Shown here: piece after piece, positions 8,711-20,744 of the stretch
Layout of the letters: the number at the start of each line of letters is the position of its first letter
Position numbering within the stretch: the stretch's first letter is position 1
From: a virus
DNA length: 64,000 bases
Strand: one strand, 5' to 3'
Virus record (IMG/VR): IMGVR_UViG_3300012533_000003
Span: 24,493 to 88,492 of that record
The notes under the pieces: generated by a model
What the model was told of the DNA's origin: nothing
What the model saw: only the letters and a program-made list of their open reading frames with translations
Databases searched by the model: none
Translations under genes and position numbers: made by a program

Positions 8711-11700
8711 ATGGTTTACAATATTAGATTTGATAATACGCTCGATACGAAGGGTGGAACAAATTGGGACGGAACTCCTTCTCAATTATATTATTCTGAA
8801 GAATTTAACATAGGTCCAAATCCATCATTTAAAGATCGAAGACTTACAGATGAGGATATTTCAACTCTTGATTTAAGCAACATATCAAGCGTCGACAGAT
8901 CTTACACGCTTAGATACGGGCAATCTGGCGTTGAAGGAACTGAAAGAATTTTTGATATCCTTCAATCTGCATCGATTTTTAAAGTCAATGTTGACTATAA
9001 TAGCGAATCAGCATACATTTATAATGGATTAATTGATCAGACGACATACCAACCATCAAGATGGAGGGGATTATCATTTGTCGATATTCTCAATGATCTT
9101 ATCAATACTAGAAATTCAGATTCTGGGCTTTCTTTTTCAGAAGGGGATCTTAGAAGTATTATTGGAAACAGCGCCGACAAATATGCCGGCACGTTTTCAT
9201 TTAGAAATACTTCACTTGTTGATGCGATTGATCAAATAATCAAGAAAACAGGAAACGTTATCTGGTATATAGGAAACAATTCACTTATCAAGTTTGTAAA
9301 AAGAGATCCTTCAAGCTCTAATAGATTCGCGAAACTTTCTCCGCTCGGTGATCCTGGATTAAATGTTATTGGCCTTGACATAACAGGTCCGCCGACCATC
9401 ACTGCATCAAACGTAAGAGTGATGGATAGAGGATATGGCTGGAAATTTCAAGTCGGAGGTCCGATTTGGACTAGAGGAAATAGCCCATCTGGTCAATCAT
9501 ATGTTAATGAAGGAAGTCCGCCTCCCCCGGTTAGCTTCCAACTTGAAAAAGACGGATCTGGACTTATCACGAATCCAAGAAGATACCTTCGACATGCAAT
9601 CAATCTTTCTGCAGTCGAAGCTGGCTACGGTTCAAATCTCGATCATTGGAAAGCGTATGGATTCACGAACTTAAAATGCAAGTTTAGTGATGTTTTAGGA
9701 TCTGCAATCCCAAACGATACTGCGCAACAAGGGTATCACGGATTAACTCTCCCTAGTGATTCTAGCAAATTGATAAAAGTTAAGCTCGTCATTCCGATGA
9801 GCAATGATAACGGCCGACCGACAAAATGGAAACAAGGGTCAGACTTTCCACAGAAACCTACTTCAAGAGACGGCAACGCGAGATCTGATCCTTGGAGAAT
9901 TGATAAAAGTCTTATCACGCACCCTGATCTTCCTTTTGGCGTTGAAGTCTATATGTCTGATCCGCCAACAATTTATGGCGGTGCTATAGTAAGACATCCG
10001 AGAAATCCTCTTAGCGGAGCTGATACGACCGCAATAACTGATTTTATTAATAAGATGAACGATATAATTAGTGGCTTTGAAGATCATAGCGAAACAGATA
10101 ATGGTTTGTTCGTTAACAGAGCTATTCTTTGCAGAGAAGATTACGATGCAGAAGATGGGAGCCCCATGTCTGCATTTGCTCTTGTTCTTTTCTATGAATT
10201 AAGACCTGTCGCTTTAGTTGACGGATGGAAAGTTGATACATATACTGCAAGTTTAATTATCGATCATGATAAATTCGATATCGGAATTGGAGATTGGTCA
10301 TATACTGGAAGAATTCCTTCTCCGCAAGGATATCAAGAATTATTGACAAAAGGCGTTGTTAGATGGGTTACAGATGATCAGAAGTTTACAAGTGAAACAG
10401 AAAAACCATCAACAAATAATCCTGTTCTTTTAGTTTATGTCCCAATTGAAAGAGCTTTCCAGACTCTCCCTCAAAATGGGTTCAGTTCGGCAAGTTACGG
10501 CGAAAGATTTGTTTTTCACGGAACTTACACTGTAAGAGTTCCAGACGCTTACTCGCCAGATTCGAGTCCGCCGTTTAGACTTATCGAGGAAGGAGACTAT
10601 GAAGTTCACAACTTAATCTACAATAAGGCTCAAAGAGAAGGATATCCTTCTCCTGATTCAAATGTAAGAAATGATTTTGATTTAATGCAAGAGAGAGCCG
10701 ATATTCTCGGCGAAACAACTGATCCAAGGCAGCAGATTAAGGGCAGATTTGAAATCTTTCCTGGGAATAATACACAAGTAAAAGTAGGAACTTCAACAAA
10801 CGGCGGAACGATTGTTAAAGTCAATCATGAATACGCTCCTTATTTTAGAACGATCTTTTATCTTGAAAATAGCGAAGATATCAGAAATACAATCGATCGT
10901 CAAACAAATGATACAATTGGTGATCTGAAGACAACAATTCAATTACAGAGCGATAAGTTAGTTGACTTTGAAAGAAAGCTTTCGGACTTAATTCCGTCAA
11001 ATATGACGGGCGTTAGTGGAAGCACTAACTACTCTGGATCTGAAAGTGCCTCTAATACAACGGCTGGAAAGAATCTTGGAAGCGTTACAGGTGACTTCAG
11101 CGTAAAACCAATTGGCGGAACGTCTGCAGACGAACAGCATAGTTCATACCCATCTTTAACGTTGAGCGGGCATGGCATGACCGGCCATGCGAATACTGCT
11201 CCAATTGCCGCTACGAAGCGTTGGATGATGGATGGTCTTGTTATCGACACAGATCCTGATCAAGGCGCGATTTCTAGACCAGACGTCTATAGTTCGCCGG
11301 TAGTTAAGATCACAGACTATATTCGACCGACGCAAGGACAGCAACTTGCATGGTCTCATAACTTATTTGATATTGTAAAAATCGATACAGATGGAGGAGT
11401 CAATAATGGCGATAGATATAGGCTTGTTTTAAATGTTGACGCAATAGCTTCCGGAAATCTTGATAATACAGGAGGCGACAGATTAAATGTAACAGACATC
11501 GAAGATTCATCAGGAAATGTTACGAGGGCCGGTCAGCTCACTGCATATTGCTCAAGCGATTTGTATTATATCAGCTATTTGACTGGAACAGGATCAAACT
11601 CTCTTTCGAGTGTTATCGGAGTAGCTGAAACATCTCAGCAAGTTGAAATTGGAGGTTACGCAGGAGTTGTTCAGAAAGTAGCGAACTCTAAAAATCCTTC

Positions 11701-14700
11701 TTTCATTGTTAATCTTTGCGCAACTAATTTCAACGAATTTGCGCATCCTGTTCAAGCAATACCTGATAGAAGATATCTTTATTTTGGAACTCTCGATCCT
11801 AACGCAAACAATCCAACAAATGAAAACTGGATGTTTGATGTTAATCTCGATTCTAATACTGCACCGAGTTCAAACCACAGCGCCCAACTTAGAATTAAGA
11901 GAAATTACAATCTTGCAGGCATCCTGTCAATTCATACGCTTGATACATTCATAGGCAATATTGCAACTCAGATCAAATCTGTTGAGAGCATCGGTGCAAA
12001 GTTTACACCGACAATAAGAACATTCCTCCCGATAATTGATAATCCTACACCGTTTTCAGGAGGTCTCCAGACAGAACATACTGTCTTGAATATGGATCAA
12101 TCGAGGCCGGCCAAGAGGCCTCTTTGGAGAGTATCGCATATAAATCAAAATACTGAATTCTCTTCTATTGTTCTAACTGAAATCGTCGATGCTTCTTCAA
12201 CGGCAAGCAGTATACCGCTTGTCAACGGTCAAACATTCTTTGCATCTTTAAATTCTCTTACTGGCAGCAATAGAAATAACAAATATCTAATTTTCAATAG
12301 CGACAACTCTTTCACGACTTTTGGCGTCAATCTTGGAACGAAGACGTTTGCATTTTCCGATAATTGGGGATCAGGAAAAGCCCTTGTTCAAGTTAATACG
12401 AACGGAACTCTGAAGACATTTGGATCAAGTCTGTTCTTAAATGGAAATAATCTTTCTCTTCTTGATTCTAATAATGATGTCATCAATACTGTTATTATCT
12501 CAGGTGGCGGCGGAGGAATAACTTGGCCATCTGATGGAACAATTGTTCCTACGACAAATTCATTCAATACATCAACTGGAGTGTATAATTTAAATCCAGA
12601 AATCTCCGTTAAAGATACTGATCCTAATGCATCAATCAATAACCCTACATGGGATCTCATAGGAATTAAAGTCGCCGGAACTAGCGTTGGCGTATTTGAT
12701 CAATCTGTTTACGGATATAACACAGTAACTCTTCTTGGCGATATGACAAGTATTGCCGGAGTTGGATCAACAGTTTCTCGACTGGCTCTTGATCTTGGTC
12801 AAGTTGTTAATGCTCATAACTTCTTAGCGAAAACAATGAGAGAATTTGGGCGCAAGATGAGTCGTCTTGCGTCTTCTATCTGGGGAGACGAATCTGAAAC
12901 GGCATCTGGATCAAATATTAAATTCAATCGAAGATTGAATATTTTGATGCCTGGTTCGAACGGATCAGATGTATCGCCGTTTCAAATTAAATCTTTTACA
13001 TCTACAAATGAATATCTTAGAATTGGCTGGAACGGAGTGGCTGACGACCCTGTCGCAAACGGAATAGTTCTTGGTGGGAACGGAACAAATACTCCGACAG
13101 TTTCAACTATTAATATCACATCGTCCCAGAATAATATTTATGGAAAATTCGGATCTCAAAACGTTGGCCGTCTTGCGATAGGGTCGGGAGTTCCTTCGGC
13201 CGGCGGATTCATTGCAGACGCCACTGCGGTGAATTCGAACTCTGCAATTCATGCAATTGGGACCGGGCTCTTTCCAGATGCTGGAACAGGGTATCAAAAC
13301 GGGATAAGAAGCCAAGCTCCTTATGTCAGAGGAACTGCATTTCAAAGAAACATTCCAGTTGAAATTGCATTTGGAAGAGGAGGATATGGCGTTTATTCAA
13401 TTGGGCTATCTGATGCTGACGGATTTCCAGTAGCTCAAGCAAATATTAATATCTATAATGATATCAAGTTTATTGCAGATCAGGCCGCAAGATCAGTCGG
13501 AGGAGGACAACAAGGACCTCCTGGGCCTCCTGGACCTCCTGGACCTCCTGGAATTGGTTTAAGAGGAAAGCCTGGTCCAAAGGGTCCAAAGGGCGATGAC
13601 GGCCCTAGTGGCCCTTCTGGTCCGAGCGGCCCTTCTGGGCCAAGCGGTCCGAGCGGCCCTAGCGGTCCTTCTGGCCCGAGCGGTCCTGCCGGCGGCGGTC
13701 AGACATGCTGCGCTCCTGTCAAAGACCCGATGTTGTTGATGCAGAATAAGCTCTTCCTAAGCAATGAAGAAGCTGAAGAAGAAGCCCTATTGTTGACTGA
13801 TTTTATTGGAAGCTATGCGATCGATTCAACTGGCGGTATCGCCGCGTCTCCGACTTCTCAAATATCTTTTATTTCTGTTACGAATCCGAACGTTGTCAGA
13901 GCTGGCGGAGCTACTCCAACTCTAGTTAGCCCGAACTCTGCTGAAGGATCTGGAACTTTTTCTGATGCGCCTTTCCCAGCAGTCTTGGATGGAGAAACTT
14001 CTACAGGGGCGGTTCAAAGCACATATTATTCTCAATTAGTGACAGGGAAGAAGATACAAGTCCCTCTTCAAACTGATCTTGTAACATCTGAAATTAAACC
14101 GCTAATCACATCCGCTCTACCGAGAATTGCTATCCCGACAATTGAAAGAGCTGCTTTATTTGGCGGATCAGGTGGTATCGGAAATCCAAGAATCGGCGCT
14201 CCAACTGCCACACCAAACTTTCCGGAGACGAATCAAAAATCTCTTGCTCATAATAATTCAAAGTTTATTAGAAGCGTTCTTCAGCTTGCGATACAGCCTC
14301 CAGATTTAATCATTGACGGAGCAGGAAGGTATGCGATAAGTGCTGGAAATTACCTATTCCCGACAGCTTTTGATAATGCCGGAAGACTTGTTATTTCTAG
14401 CGACTCTTCTTCAAGAGTAAATTATGGCGGGATTCATGGAACTGTCTTTGGAATGATGAGAGATTTGATTGGTATTGAAATATTGCCTCATCAAATCCTT
14501 AGCAGAAGAGCATTCGGTGTCGCAGGTCTCGTGACAAAGATCGGAGGCGGAACCCAGAAAGTTATTATCAATAATTGGGGTATTTCCGGAGCTGACGTTG
14601 GAGACGAAGAATACACTGACTGTTGGAAATATGATAAATCTGTCACAACGTTTGTCTGGGGCGGAGATCTAGGAAAAGCTAGAACTCAAATTAATAGACA

Positions 14701-15424
14701 TGATCATCAAGTTGCATTTGGATATACAGGTCTCTGGGTAGGTGGCTTGAATTATGTTCTTGAGAATGATTCAATCGAAGATGCTATTACGAAGATTGAT
14801 GATCAAGTCAAAACTTTAACGACAGCATCTGTTGGTCCTGCCGGCGGTGATTTAACCGGAATATATCCAAATCCGACTTTGATAGCGACAGGACCAGGAG
14901 CAACAGGGCCGATCGGCAGTGCAACAGTCGCTCCGATTATTACAATTGATGCAAAAGGAAGAGTAACTGCTCTTTCAAGCACAACAATCACAGGAGTAAC
15001 TCCAAGCGCACATGCTTCATCTCATAAGCATGGCGGATCCGATGAAGTTGCAACTTCATCGTCCGGAACGGCAAATGCAATCCCGAAATCAAACCTTTCA
15101 GGAAAACTTGATTCTGGATGGGGAGGAAGCGCAAGCACTCTTGCGACGTTAAATTCATCTACAAGGGTTGTTGAATCTGTTCTTAAACTCTATGATGGAG
15201 TTAGCACAGATTTAACGATCTCATCTATTGCAGATCTCGGAGTGTTAATTCGTGTTGGAACAACAATAGTAACTCTTCCCGCCACAGGGTTCGAATATCT
15301 TGTCAATAAAAACATTGCAAGTGGATATGCCGGTCTCGATTCTTCTTCGTATTTAACGGCGACGCAAGTTCCTTCGCACGATCTTCAAATCGCATTAGTT
15401 TCACAGATTTTTGGAGTGAGATAA
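8711..15424 (+). CDS. Giant tail tip/central fibre protein with collagen segment
   Basis: 2237 aa; hub-like N-terminus, Gly-X-Y run, fibre-type motifs [29 protein letters not shown]. Confidence 0.7.
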   Translation: MVYNIRFDNTLDTKGGTNWDGTPSQLYYSEEFNIGPNPSFKDRRLTDEDISTLDLSNISSVDRSYTLRYGQSGVEGTERIFDILQSASIFKVNVDYNSESAYIYNGLIDQTTYQPSRWRGLSFVDILNDLINTRNSDSGLSFSEGDLRSIIGNSADKYAGTFSFRNTSLVDAIDQIIKKTGNVIWYIGNNSLIKFVKRDPSSSNRFAKLSPLGDPGLNVIGLDITGPPTITASNVRVMDRGYGWKFQVGGPIWTRGNSPSGQSYVNEGSPPPPVSFQLEKDGSGLITNPRRYLRHAINLSAVEAGYGSNLDHWKAYGFTNLKCKFSDVLGSAIPNDTAQQGYHGLTLPSDSSKLIKVKLVIPMSNDNGRPTKWKQGSDFPQKPTSRDGNARSDPWRIDKSLITHPDLPFGVEVYMSDPPTIYGGAIVRHPRNPLSGADTTAITDFINKMNDIISGFEDHSETDNGLFVNRAILCREDYDAEDGSPMSAFALVLFYELRPVALVDGWKVDTYTASLIIDHDKFDIGIGDWSYTGRIPSPQGYQELLTKGVVRWVTDDQKFTSETEKPSTNNPVLLVYVPIERAFQTLPQNGFSSASYGERFVFHGTYTVRVPDAYSPDSSPPFRLIEEGDYEVHNLIYNKAQREGYPSPDSNVRNDFDLMQERADILGETTDPRQQIKGRFEIFPGNNTQVKVGTSTNGGTIVKVNHEYAPYFRTIFYLENSEDIRNTIDRQTNDTIGDLKTTIQLQSDKLVDFERKLSDLIPSNMTGVSGSTNYSGSESASNTTAGKNLGSVTGDFSVKPIGGTSADEQHSSYPSLTLSGHGMTGHANTAPIAATKRWMMDGLVIDTDPDQGAISRPDVYSSPVVKITDYIRPTQGQQLAWSHNLFDIVKIDTDGGVNNGDRYRLVLNVDAIASGNLDNTGGDRLNVTDIEDSSGNVTRAGQLTAYCSSDLYYISYLTGTGSNSLSSVIGVAETSQQVEIGGYAGVVQKVANSKNPSFIVNLCATNFNEFAHPVQAIPDRRYLYFGTLDPNANNPTNENWMFDVNLDSNTAPSSNHSAQLRIKRNYNLAGILSIHTLDTFIGNIATQIKSVESIGAKFTPTIRTFLPIIDNPTPFSGGLQTEHTVLNMDQSRPAKRPLWRVSHINQNTEFSSIVLTEIVDASSTASSIPLVNGQTFFASLNSLTGSNRNNKYLIFNSDNSFTTFGVNLGTKTFAFSDNWGSGKALVQVNTNGTLKTFGSSLFLNGNNLSLLDSNNDVINTVIISGGGGGITWPSDGTIVPTTNSFNTSTGVYNLNPEISVKDTDPNASINNPTWDLIGIKVAGTSVGVFDQSVYGYNTVTLLGDMTSIAGVGSTVSRLALDLGQVVNAHNFLAKTMREFGRKMSRLASSIWGDESETASGSNIKFNRRLNILMPGSNGSDVSPFQIKSFTSTNEYLRIGWNGVADDPVANGIVLGGNGTNTPTVSTINITSSQNNIYGKFGSQNVGRLAIGSGVPSAGGFIADATAVNSNSAIHAIGTGLFPDAGTGYQNGIRSQAPYVRGTAFQRNIPVEIAFGRGGYGVYSIGLSDADGFPVAQANINIYNDIKFIADQAARSVGGGQQGPPGPPGPPGPPGIGLRGKPGPKGPKGDDGPSGPSGPSGPSGPSGPSGPSGPSGPSGPAGGGQTCCAPVKDPMLLMQNKLFLSNEEAEEEALLLTDFIGSYAIDSTGGIAASPTSQISFISVTNPNVVRAGGATPTLVSPNSAEGSGTFSDAPFPAVLDGETSTGAVQSTYYSQLVTGKKIQVPLQTDLVTSEIKPLITSALPRIAIPTIERAALFGGSGGIGNPRIGAPTATPNFPETNQKSLAHNNSKFIRSVLQLAIQPPDLIIDGAGRYAISAGNYLFPTAFDNAGRLVISSDSSSRVNYGGIHGTVFGMMRDLIGIEILPHQILSRRAFGVAGLVTKIGGGTQKVIINNWGISGADVGDEEYTDCWKYDKSVTTFVWGGDLGKARTQINRHDHQVAFGYTGLWVGGLNYVLENDSIEDAITKIDDQVKTLTTASVGPAGGDLTGIYPNPTLIATGPGATGPIGSATVAPIITIDAKGRVTALSSTTITGVTPSAHASSHKHGGSDEVATSSSGTANAIPKSNLSGKLDSGWGGSASTLATLNSSTRVVESVLKLYDGVSTDLTISSIADLGVLIRVGTTIVTLPATGFEYLVNKNIASGYAGLDSSSYLTATQVPSHDLQIALVSQIFGVR
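13514..13690 (+). repeat. Collagen-like Gly-X-Y repeat (GPP, GPK, GPS runs)
   Basis: Direct translation; synonymous codon variation between units. Confidence 0.95.
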
Positions 15425-15425
15425 G

Positions 15426-15770
15426 ATGGCAGTTTATTCAAAACAGCTTTTCAGCGGTTCAACGAATGGTAAGCCAATTTTAGTGACCGCAAACGTTACT
15501 CCAGGAACTTTAATTCATACGGCTGTCACAGGGACAACAGGGTTTGATGAAATCTATTTAAGAATTTCAAATAATCTTCCATTGAATATTCCGATAACTG
15601 TTGAGTTCGGCGGAGCAACTCCTGGTGATTGGGTTTGTAGCGGTCTTGTCATTCCTGCAAATAGCGGACCTATTCAAATTATAAACGGCGATGTCTTACA
15701 GAATGCTCAAATCGTTAGGGTAATCGGATCTGGAATTACATGCTGGGGGTATGTAAATAGGATCCAATAA
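15426..15770 (+). CDS. Small tail fibre-associated protein
   Basis: 114 aa beta-rich, coupled to fibre gene. Confidence 0.5.
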   Translation: MAVYSKQLFSGSTNGKPILVTANVTPGTLIHTAVTGTTGFDEIYLRISNNLPLNIPITVEFGGATPGDWVCSGLVIPANSGPIQIINGDVLQNAQIVRVIGSGITCWGYVNRIQ

Positions 15771-16606
15771 TGCCATATCAAACTAATCCGTTATATTCTA
15801 ATCAATTCGGAGTTACCGGAGGAATTATAGAAAGACAGATATTTAACAATAAGGCATCTTTTCCGAATGTTAATCAATTTCAATCTGTATTATCAAATAA
15901 GATTTTTTCTCCTAGGGATAGAATTTCGCTTGGTCTCGGCTCGATGGTGTTCAGCACCGTCCGCCTCGGGGAGATCTACGTCCCGACGAATGAGGTCTGC
16001 GACCCGTTTGAGTTCTTGGACGGTGTGGCACGGGTCACGCCTTACGGGACGTCGGGCTGGGCCTACGCGATAGACGGCACGTCCGGGCATCCTGGCCAGA
16101 TCCGCGTCGACTCCAGCAGCACGAGCGGAGGATCCGCTGGGTTCTATTCTCCGTCGTCCTTGATCCTGGCGGCTGGGTTCTCGATCGAATTCGTGTTCTA
16201 CGTAGGCAACGACGCCACTGGGACGATCGTGCGGTTTGGGTTGTCGGATTCGACCAGCGGGACGGCGGACCCGACGAATGGTGTGTTCTTCGAATACAGC
16301 AAGGCGGTCAGCGCGAACATCCGATACCGCGCACGCAAGGCGAGCGTGAGCACCGAGACCACTACCGGGACGGCGTTCGCGCTCTCTGCGTGGAAGAAGG
16401 GCCGGATCACCTACGACGGCACCAATGCCACGTTTGAGTATGGCACGAGCGGCGGCAGCTACTCGAAGCTCGGCACGATCGCGGCCGCGAACCTGCCGAC
16501 CGCAGCAATCCACCCGTGGTTCTTCGTCACGCAGGCGTCCGCCGGAGCCTACACCTACGCGGACGTGGACTTCATGTGGCCGCGGATGTGGGGGCTGGCA
16601 CGATGA
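15770..16606 (+). CDS. Putative receptor-binding/lectin-like protein; chimeric (AT-rich 5' end, GC-rich remainder)
   Basis: 278 aa Gly/Ser/Thr beta-rich; abrupt GC shift near 15930. Confidence 0.55.
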   Translation: MPYQTNPLYSNQFGVTGGIIERQIFNNKASFPNVNQFQSVLSNKIFSPRDRISLGLGSMVFSTVRLGEIYVPTNEVCDPFEFLDGVARVTPYGTSGWAYAIDGTSGHPGQIRVDSSSTSGGSAGFYSPSSLILAAGFSIEFVFYVGNDATGTIVRFGLSDSTSGTADPTNGVFFEYSKAVSANIRYRARKASVSTETTTGTAFALSAWKKGRITYDGTNATFEYGTSGGSYSKLGTIAAANLPTAAIHPWFFVTQASAGAYTYADVDFMWPRMWGLAR

Positions 16607-16616
16607 GGAGGCTTCC

Positions 16617-16880
16617 ATGGTTGTGATCTCAAGATGGGTCGGAGTCACGCTCCCGCGTCCGCCGTCTCCTGGTGATCTGCGAGGGATGCGCGATCTCCAG
16701 GCCCTCGGCCTCCAGCTAACGCCGTCAATCGGCCTGATCCTGCGGCAGAACGCGCAGGTGCCAACCAGGATGACGATTCGAGTTTCAAACGACCACGGCG
16801 ACTTCATTGGCGTGTTCGAGCGTGACGAAACGCGCAGCACGCCGTGGACGTGGTTTGTTCCGCCGGACATCAACGTGTGA
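16617..16880 (+). CDS. Hypothetical protein in GC-rich cassette (87 aa)
   Basis: GAGGAGG RBS at 16605-16611 before ATG 16617. Confidence 0.6.
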   Translation: MVVISRWVGVTLPRPPSPGDLRGMRDLQALGLQLTPSIGLILRQNAQVPTRMTIRVSNDHGDFIGVFERDETRSTPWTWFVPPDINV

Positions 16881-17018
16881 TCAATAAATGCTTCACTATC
16901 TAGATCGTGGCGCATCTGCTCGCCTGGTTCACTGGTAGAACGTAAGACATCGTCACGAGACAGATAGCCTAGATGCAATTAATATTTTGATATTGATGAT
17001 TTAATCGTATAGTCCTAT

Positions 17019-17471
17019 ATGGAAATTCTCAAAAAGATCACTGACAATATTAAAGCTCAATCAATTGTTAGATTTCAACAGCAGAAACTTCGCGAACAAG
17101 CAGATGGATTGAATCAGCAATCTGTTCGCCTTGGCGGGCAGATGGAAGTTTATCTTGAATTATACAAAGAGCAGACTGGGAATGATTTGAATGATGTTGT
17201 TAGTTCTGATCCTAGCGTAAAGGCTATGATTGATTCTGCACAACAGGAAGGGATGAAGATTGCTGCCGGAAATCTTCCTGAACTTCAGCGAATCAATGAT
17301 ATCCCGGTTGAACAAAATCAAGTTCAACAAAATCAAGTTCAACAAAATCAAGTTCAACAGAGAAAGCTGACTCCTGTGCAGAAGTCTTCTGGAGAAGCAA
17401 GAAGGCCGCCTGTTCAAGTCGTTGTATCTGATGAACCTGCTCCTACCGGCCCGGGAAGAGATGATGATTAA
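17019..17471 (+). CDS. Hypothetical coiled-coil protein with QNQVQ repeats
   Basis: 150-aa ORF; TATAGT 5 nt upstream of ATG. Confidence 0.6.
   Translation: MEILKKITDNIKAQSIVRFQQQKLREQADGLNQQSVRLGGQMEVYLELYKEQTGNDLNDVVSSDPSVKAMIDSAQQEGMKIAAGNLPELQRINDIPVEQNQVQQNQVQQNQVQQRKLTPVQKSSGEARRPPVQVVVSDEPAPTGPGRDDD
17311..17359 (+). repeat. 15-bp tandem repeat x3 (AACAAAATCAAGTTC)
   Basis: Three perfect copies plus partial, in frame. Confidence 0.95.
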
Positions 17472-18906
17472 TGATTCGATACTTTGTGTCGTTGATAATG
17501 TTATCAGGATAAAGAAAGAAACTTGTAATTCTGAAATTATCTTTAAATTAAAAAATCATCTTTCTAGAGAAAATCCTCAATACCATTTAATGAACGCAAT
17601 GGCGATAAAGAATCCTCGCATGAGGTATGCGCCGTTGCCTCCAAGATGGATTGAAAGTTGGGGGGAAGATTCTGAATCTCTTTATATCCCAAGAGGATCA
17701 AAGGAATTCTTTGAACAATGCGCCAGAGAGTTCTCTCGAACTATTCGATATTTTAATAGAACAATTCAATATCAGATTGATCCTATATTTAAACTGAAGC
17801 CTGAATATACGCTTGTCGACTACCAATTCAATTCTGTTTTATCAGCAGTTTCTTCGAAAGAAGGAATAATTTGTTGCCCATGCGGCGGCGGAAAAACAAT
17901 GATGGGGATAGCAATTGCAACAGCAATCGGTCAGCCAACTCTCATCATTGTTCATACGCACGACTTGCTTAACCAATGGGTTGGTGAGTGGGCCGAGAAG
18001 ACGTTCCTGCCGCAGGAGGTAGGAGTAGTAGGGGCTGGCAAAAAGAATGCGAGATTCGTAACTGTCGCAACGATTCAAACCCTTTACAACATGGGTGGCC
18101 AGCGCGCTGGCAACTCGGTTGAGTTAGATTCTTTTCTTGGCAGATTTGGAACTGTAATTCTTGATGAATGCCATCATGTCCCGGCCGATTCTTTTCTTCA
18201 AATAATGAATCGTTGTCCATCTGAAAATAGATTTGGATTGACAGCAACACCGAAAAGAAAAGATGGAAAAGAATTTTTGATGTTTGATTGTATTGGACCA
18301 ATTATTTCAGAAGTTCAAGACGGCGATCTTATCAGTGCCGGAAGAAGCCAGACTGCAGAAGTCAATTTCATAAAAACAAACTTCAGTAGCTTTTTCTTTA
18401 TTGACAATTGGGCCAAGCTAATTGAAGAAATTTCAAATGATGAAGATAGAAATAATTTAATTATTCAAAACATTGTCAAATCTCTTGATGAAAACCATTT
18501 TCCTCTTGTTCTTTCTCAAAGAGTAGCTCACTGCAAACATATTCAAAAGCTTCTCGGAGAAAAAGGGATTAACTCAGAATTGTTGATTGGAGAAATTCCT
18601 AAAAATATTCGTCAAGATGTAATTAAAAGGTCAAAGCTCGGACTTGTTGAGTGCATTATCGCAACCAGAGTTGCTGATGAAGGTCTAGACATTCCAAATC
18701 TTTCATGTCTACATCTCGCAACTCCGACAGGGAATAGACAGAAACTTCAACAACAAACAGGGAGAATACGTAGACCGATTGAAGGGAAGAAATGTATAAT
18801 TTATGATTACTGTGATATAAACCACAAAGATCTTCTCCGAATGTTTAAGGAGAGATCGTCTGCATATAGGTCTTGGGGATTTGCACAGAACAACAAACCA
18901 ATTTAA
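17461..18906 (+). CDS. Superfamily 2 helicase
   Basis: CPCGGGKT, DECHH, GLTATP, EGLDIP, QQTGRIRR motifs. Confidence 0.9.
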   Translation: MMINDSILCVVDNVIRIKKETCNSEIIFKLKNHLSRENPQYHLMNAMAIKNPRMRYAPLPPRWIESWGEDSESLYIPRGSKEFFEQCAREFSRTIRYFNRTIQYQIDPIFKLKPEYTLVDYQFNSVLSAVSSKEGIICCPCGGGKTMMGIAIATAIGQPTLIIVHTHDLLNQWVGEWAEKTFLPQEVGVVGAGKKNARFVTVATIQTLYNMGGQRAGNSVELDSFLGRFGTVILDECHHVPADSFLQIMNRCPSENRFGLTATPKRKDGKEFLMFDCIGPIISEVQDGDLISAGRSQTAEVNFIKTNFSSFFFIDNWAKLIEEISNDEDRNNLIIQNIVKSLDENHFPLVLSQRVAHCKHIQKLLGEKGINSELLIGEIPKNIRQDVIKRSKLGLVECIIATRVADEGLDIPNLSCLHLATPTGNRQKLQQQTGRIRRPIEGKKCIIYDYCDINHKDLLRMFKERSSAYRSWGFAQNNKPI

Positions 18907-19212
18907 ATTCGCATTAAATCTTACTAAGAGAGATTTTATGCGGATCGTATATACGTGCGCGTTTTAATATAATATTATGATAATAAATATAGATAAAAAC
19001 GATTGACAGTATATAACTGAATTTGAATACGAACATATTCAACACCTTCGGTGTTGAATACTATCTCAATTCATTCGACACCTTCGGTGTCTCATCAATC
19101 TCGATTCGGATTCAAATTCAGTTACCGCGCGCGCGTGCGCGCGAGGAAAATTTCTCCAGACAGACTGCTAGTGCAAAAATCATATGCATATGAATCGGTA
19201 TTAACAATATTC
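18907..19212. other. Candidate replication origin
   Basis: AT-rich tract, two ACACCTTCGGTGT inverted repeats, 18-nt alternating CG tract, TCATATGCATATGA palindrome; upstream of loader/helicase/primase. Confidence 0.4.
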
Positions 19213-19899
19213 ATGAAATCATTTGAATTTGGTCTGTATAAAATACTATCAAATTCTGATGATAGTGCTCAATTGATAATGAGATCAATACTTCAAAGTA
19301 ATAATCAAATCTTAGAAAACTGTATGATCTTTGTCAATAAAGATGATCCTTCAAAAATCATAGTCGTTCCGACAACAGGAAACGAAAAATATGAAGTATA
19401 CACAAAAGAGAATAATACGATTAGATCTAACGGACAAATATCAAAATCAATAGAAGATATGATCATTGAAAAAGCAGCTGATAATATAGAAAGATCAAAA
19501 AGAGAGTCGATGAAAATCGCTCTACATAAAGCAAGAGCAACAAGGCTTGAAAAAGTTCGATCAATTCGAGAAACAATTGATACATTTGAATCAAAGATAC
19601 CTCAAAGATATAAGTCTCAATTTGAGAAGATTTTAAGAGATATCGATGCAATCAACATCTCTTGGAGAAAGCAAATATATGATGAAGTTAATGCAGAAAT
19701 CGGACAATTAAATCCTGACGTATGGGGGCAGATAATTTCTTGGTTCCAGCAAAAAGTATTATCTTCATCAACTGGAATGTCATTTTACCAATTAAGAAAA
19801 TCTTTTGTATCAGCAATCATTAGCATTTCAAAATCTCCATCCGGAACTGCAAATACTATTCCGAAGATTGTTGAGACAGATTGGAGTGCATATAAATGA
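19213..19899 (+). CDS. Hypothetical protein, possible replication initiator
   Basis: Coupled to DnaC-like gene; start uncertain (track uses GTG 19051). Confidence 0.4.
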   Translation: MKSFEFGLYKILSNSDDSAQLIMRSILQSNNQILENCMIFVNKDDPSKIIVVPTTGNEKYEVYTKENNTIRSNGQISKSIEDMIIEKAADNIERSKRESMKIALHKARATRLEKVRSIRETIDTFESKIPQRYKSQFEKILRDIDAINISWRKQIYDEVNAEIGQLNPDVWGQIISWFQQKVLSSSTGMSFYQLRKSFVSAIISISKSPSGTANTIPKIVETDWSAYK

Positions 19900-20744
19900 A
19901 ATCAAAAAGAACTCTCCAACAAGCGAGAGATATATGTTATAAGATTAACAACGGAATGTCGATTCAGGATTTGAATCGATATTCTTTTTTATATGTCGAA
20001 TATGATAATGATTTCTGTGAACAGTGTGGGATGACCGGGAGGATACTTTCTAAAAATGGAAATGAATATTTAACTGATTCATGTTTTTGTTTGATGGTTA
20101 GATCTCAAGAAATTGAAACAAATAAAAAGATTCAAGATTCGGGAATACCAAATCATTATATTGATAAAGAGATTAAAGATTGGATCGATCCTTCTACAAA
20201 TCAAAACGAAAAAGTTATCAATCAACAATCAATTGAATTAATTAAAAAATACTGTTCTAGTATCCAATCAATGAAAATTGAAGGATATGGAATCTTTCTA
20301 TGTGGTCCTAACGGGGTCGGAAAGACATTACTGTCATGCGTCATTGGAAAATCTGTAATACGATCTGGATTTTCATGTAAGTATTATACGCTGTCAAGAA
20401 TTGTCACAATGACGATTGAAGGATGGTTCGATGCAGAAGAAAAAAGAAGGAGAGTGAAAGAAATCGAATCATGTGATTTTCTCATTATTGACGATTGTGA
20501 TAAATTTCATCGAACAAAAACAGGAATTGAAATAACGATTCTAGATTCAACATTGAGAGAAAGAGTCCAGAATAAAAAACCAATCATATTCACAAGCAAT
20601 CAGGATTTAAATGGAATCAAGAATATTTTTACAAGTTCAATCTACAGTATGATAATTGGTCAATCAGCGGTCGCTGTTATTCTTGGCGAAGACTTTCGTA
20701 AGAAGAATTCTGATTTAATTAAGAAGTCTATTCTTGGCCACTAA
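19896..20744 (+). CDS. DnaC/IstB-like helicase loader ATPase
   Basis: CxxC..CxC, GPNGVGKT, LIIDD, IFTSN. Confidence 0.85.
   Translation: MKSKRTLQQARDICYKINNGMSIQDLNRYSFLYVEYDNDFCEQCGMTGRILSKNGNEYLTDSCFCLMVRSQEIETNKKIQDSGIPNHYIDKEIKDWIDPSTNQNEKVINQQSIELIKKYCSSIQSMKIEGYGIFLCGPNGVGKTLLSCVIGKSVIRSGFSCKYYTLSRIVTMTIEGWFDAEEKRRRVKEIESCDFLIIDDCDKFHRTKTGIEITILDSTLRERVQNKKPIIFTSNQDLNGIKNIFTSSIYSMIIGQSAVAVILGEDFRKKNSDLIKKSILGH

Noticed and set aside
15770..16880. Diversity-generating retroelement or invertible fibre cassette
   Set aside because: No reverse transcriptase, invertase, TR/VR pair or flanking inverted repeats seen
15893..16978. 361-aa minus-strand ORF and the 16425 start
   Set aside because: Shadow frames of GC-rich coding DNA; Arg/Pro-rich with no motif; + strand genes have better signals
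17311..19091. CRISPR array from the short repeats
   Set aside because: Tandem coding repeat without spacers and only two palindromes; no cas genes
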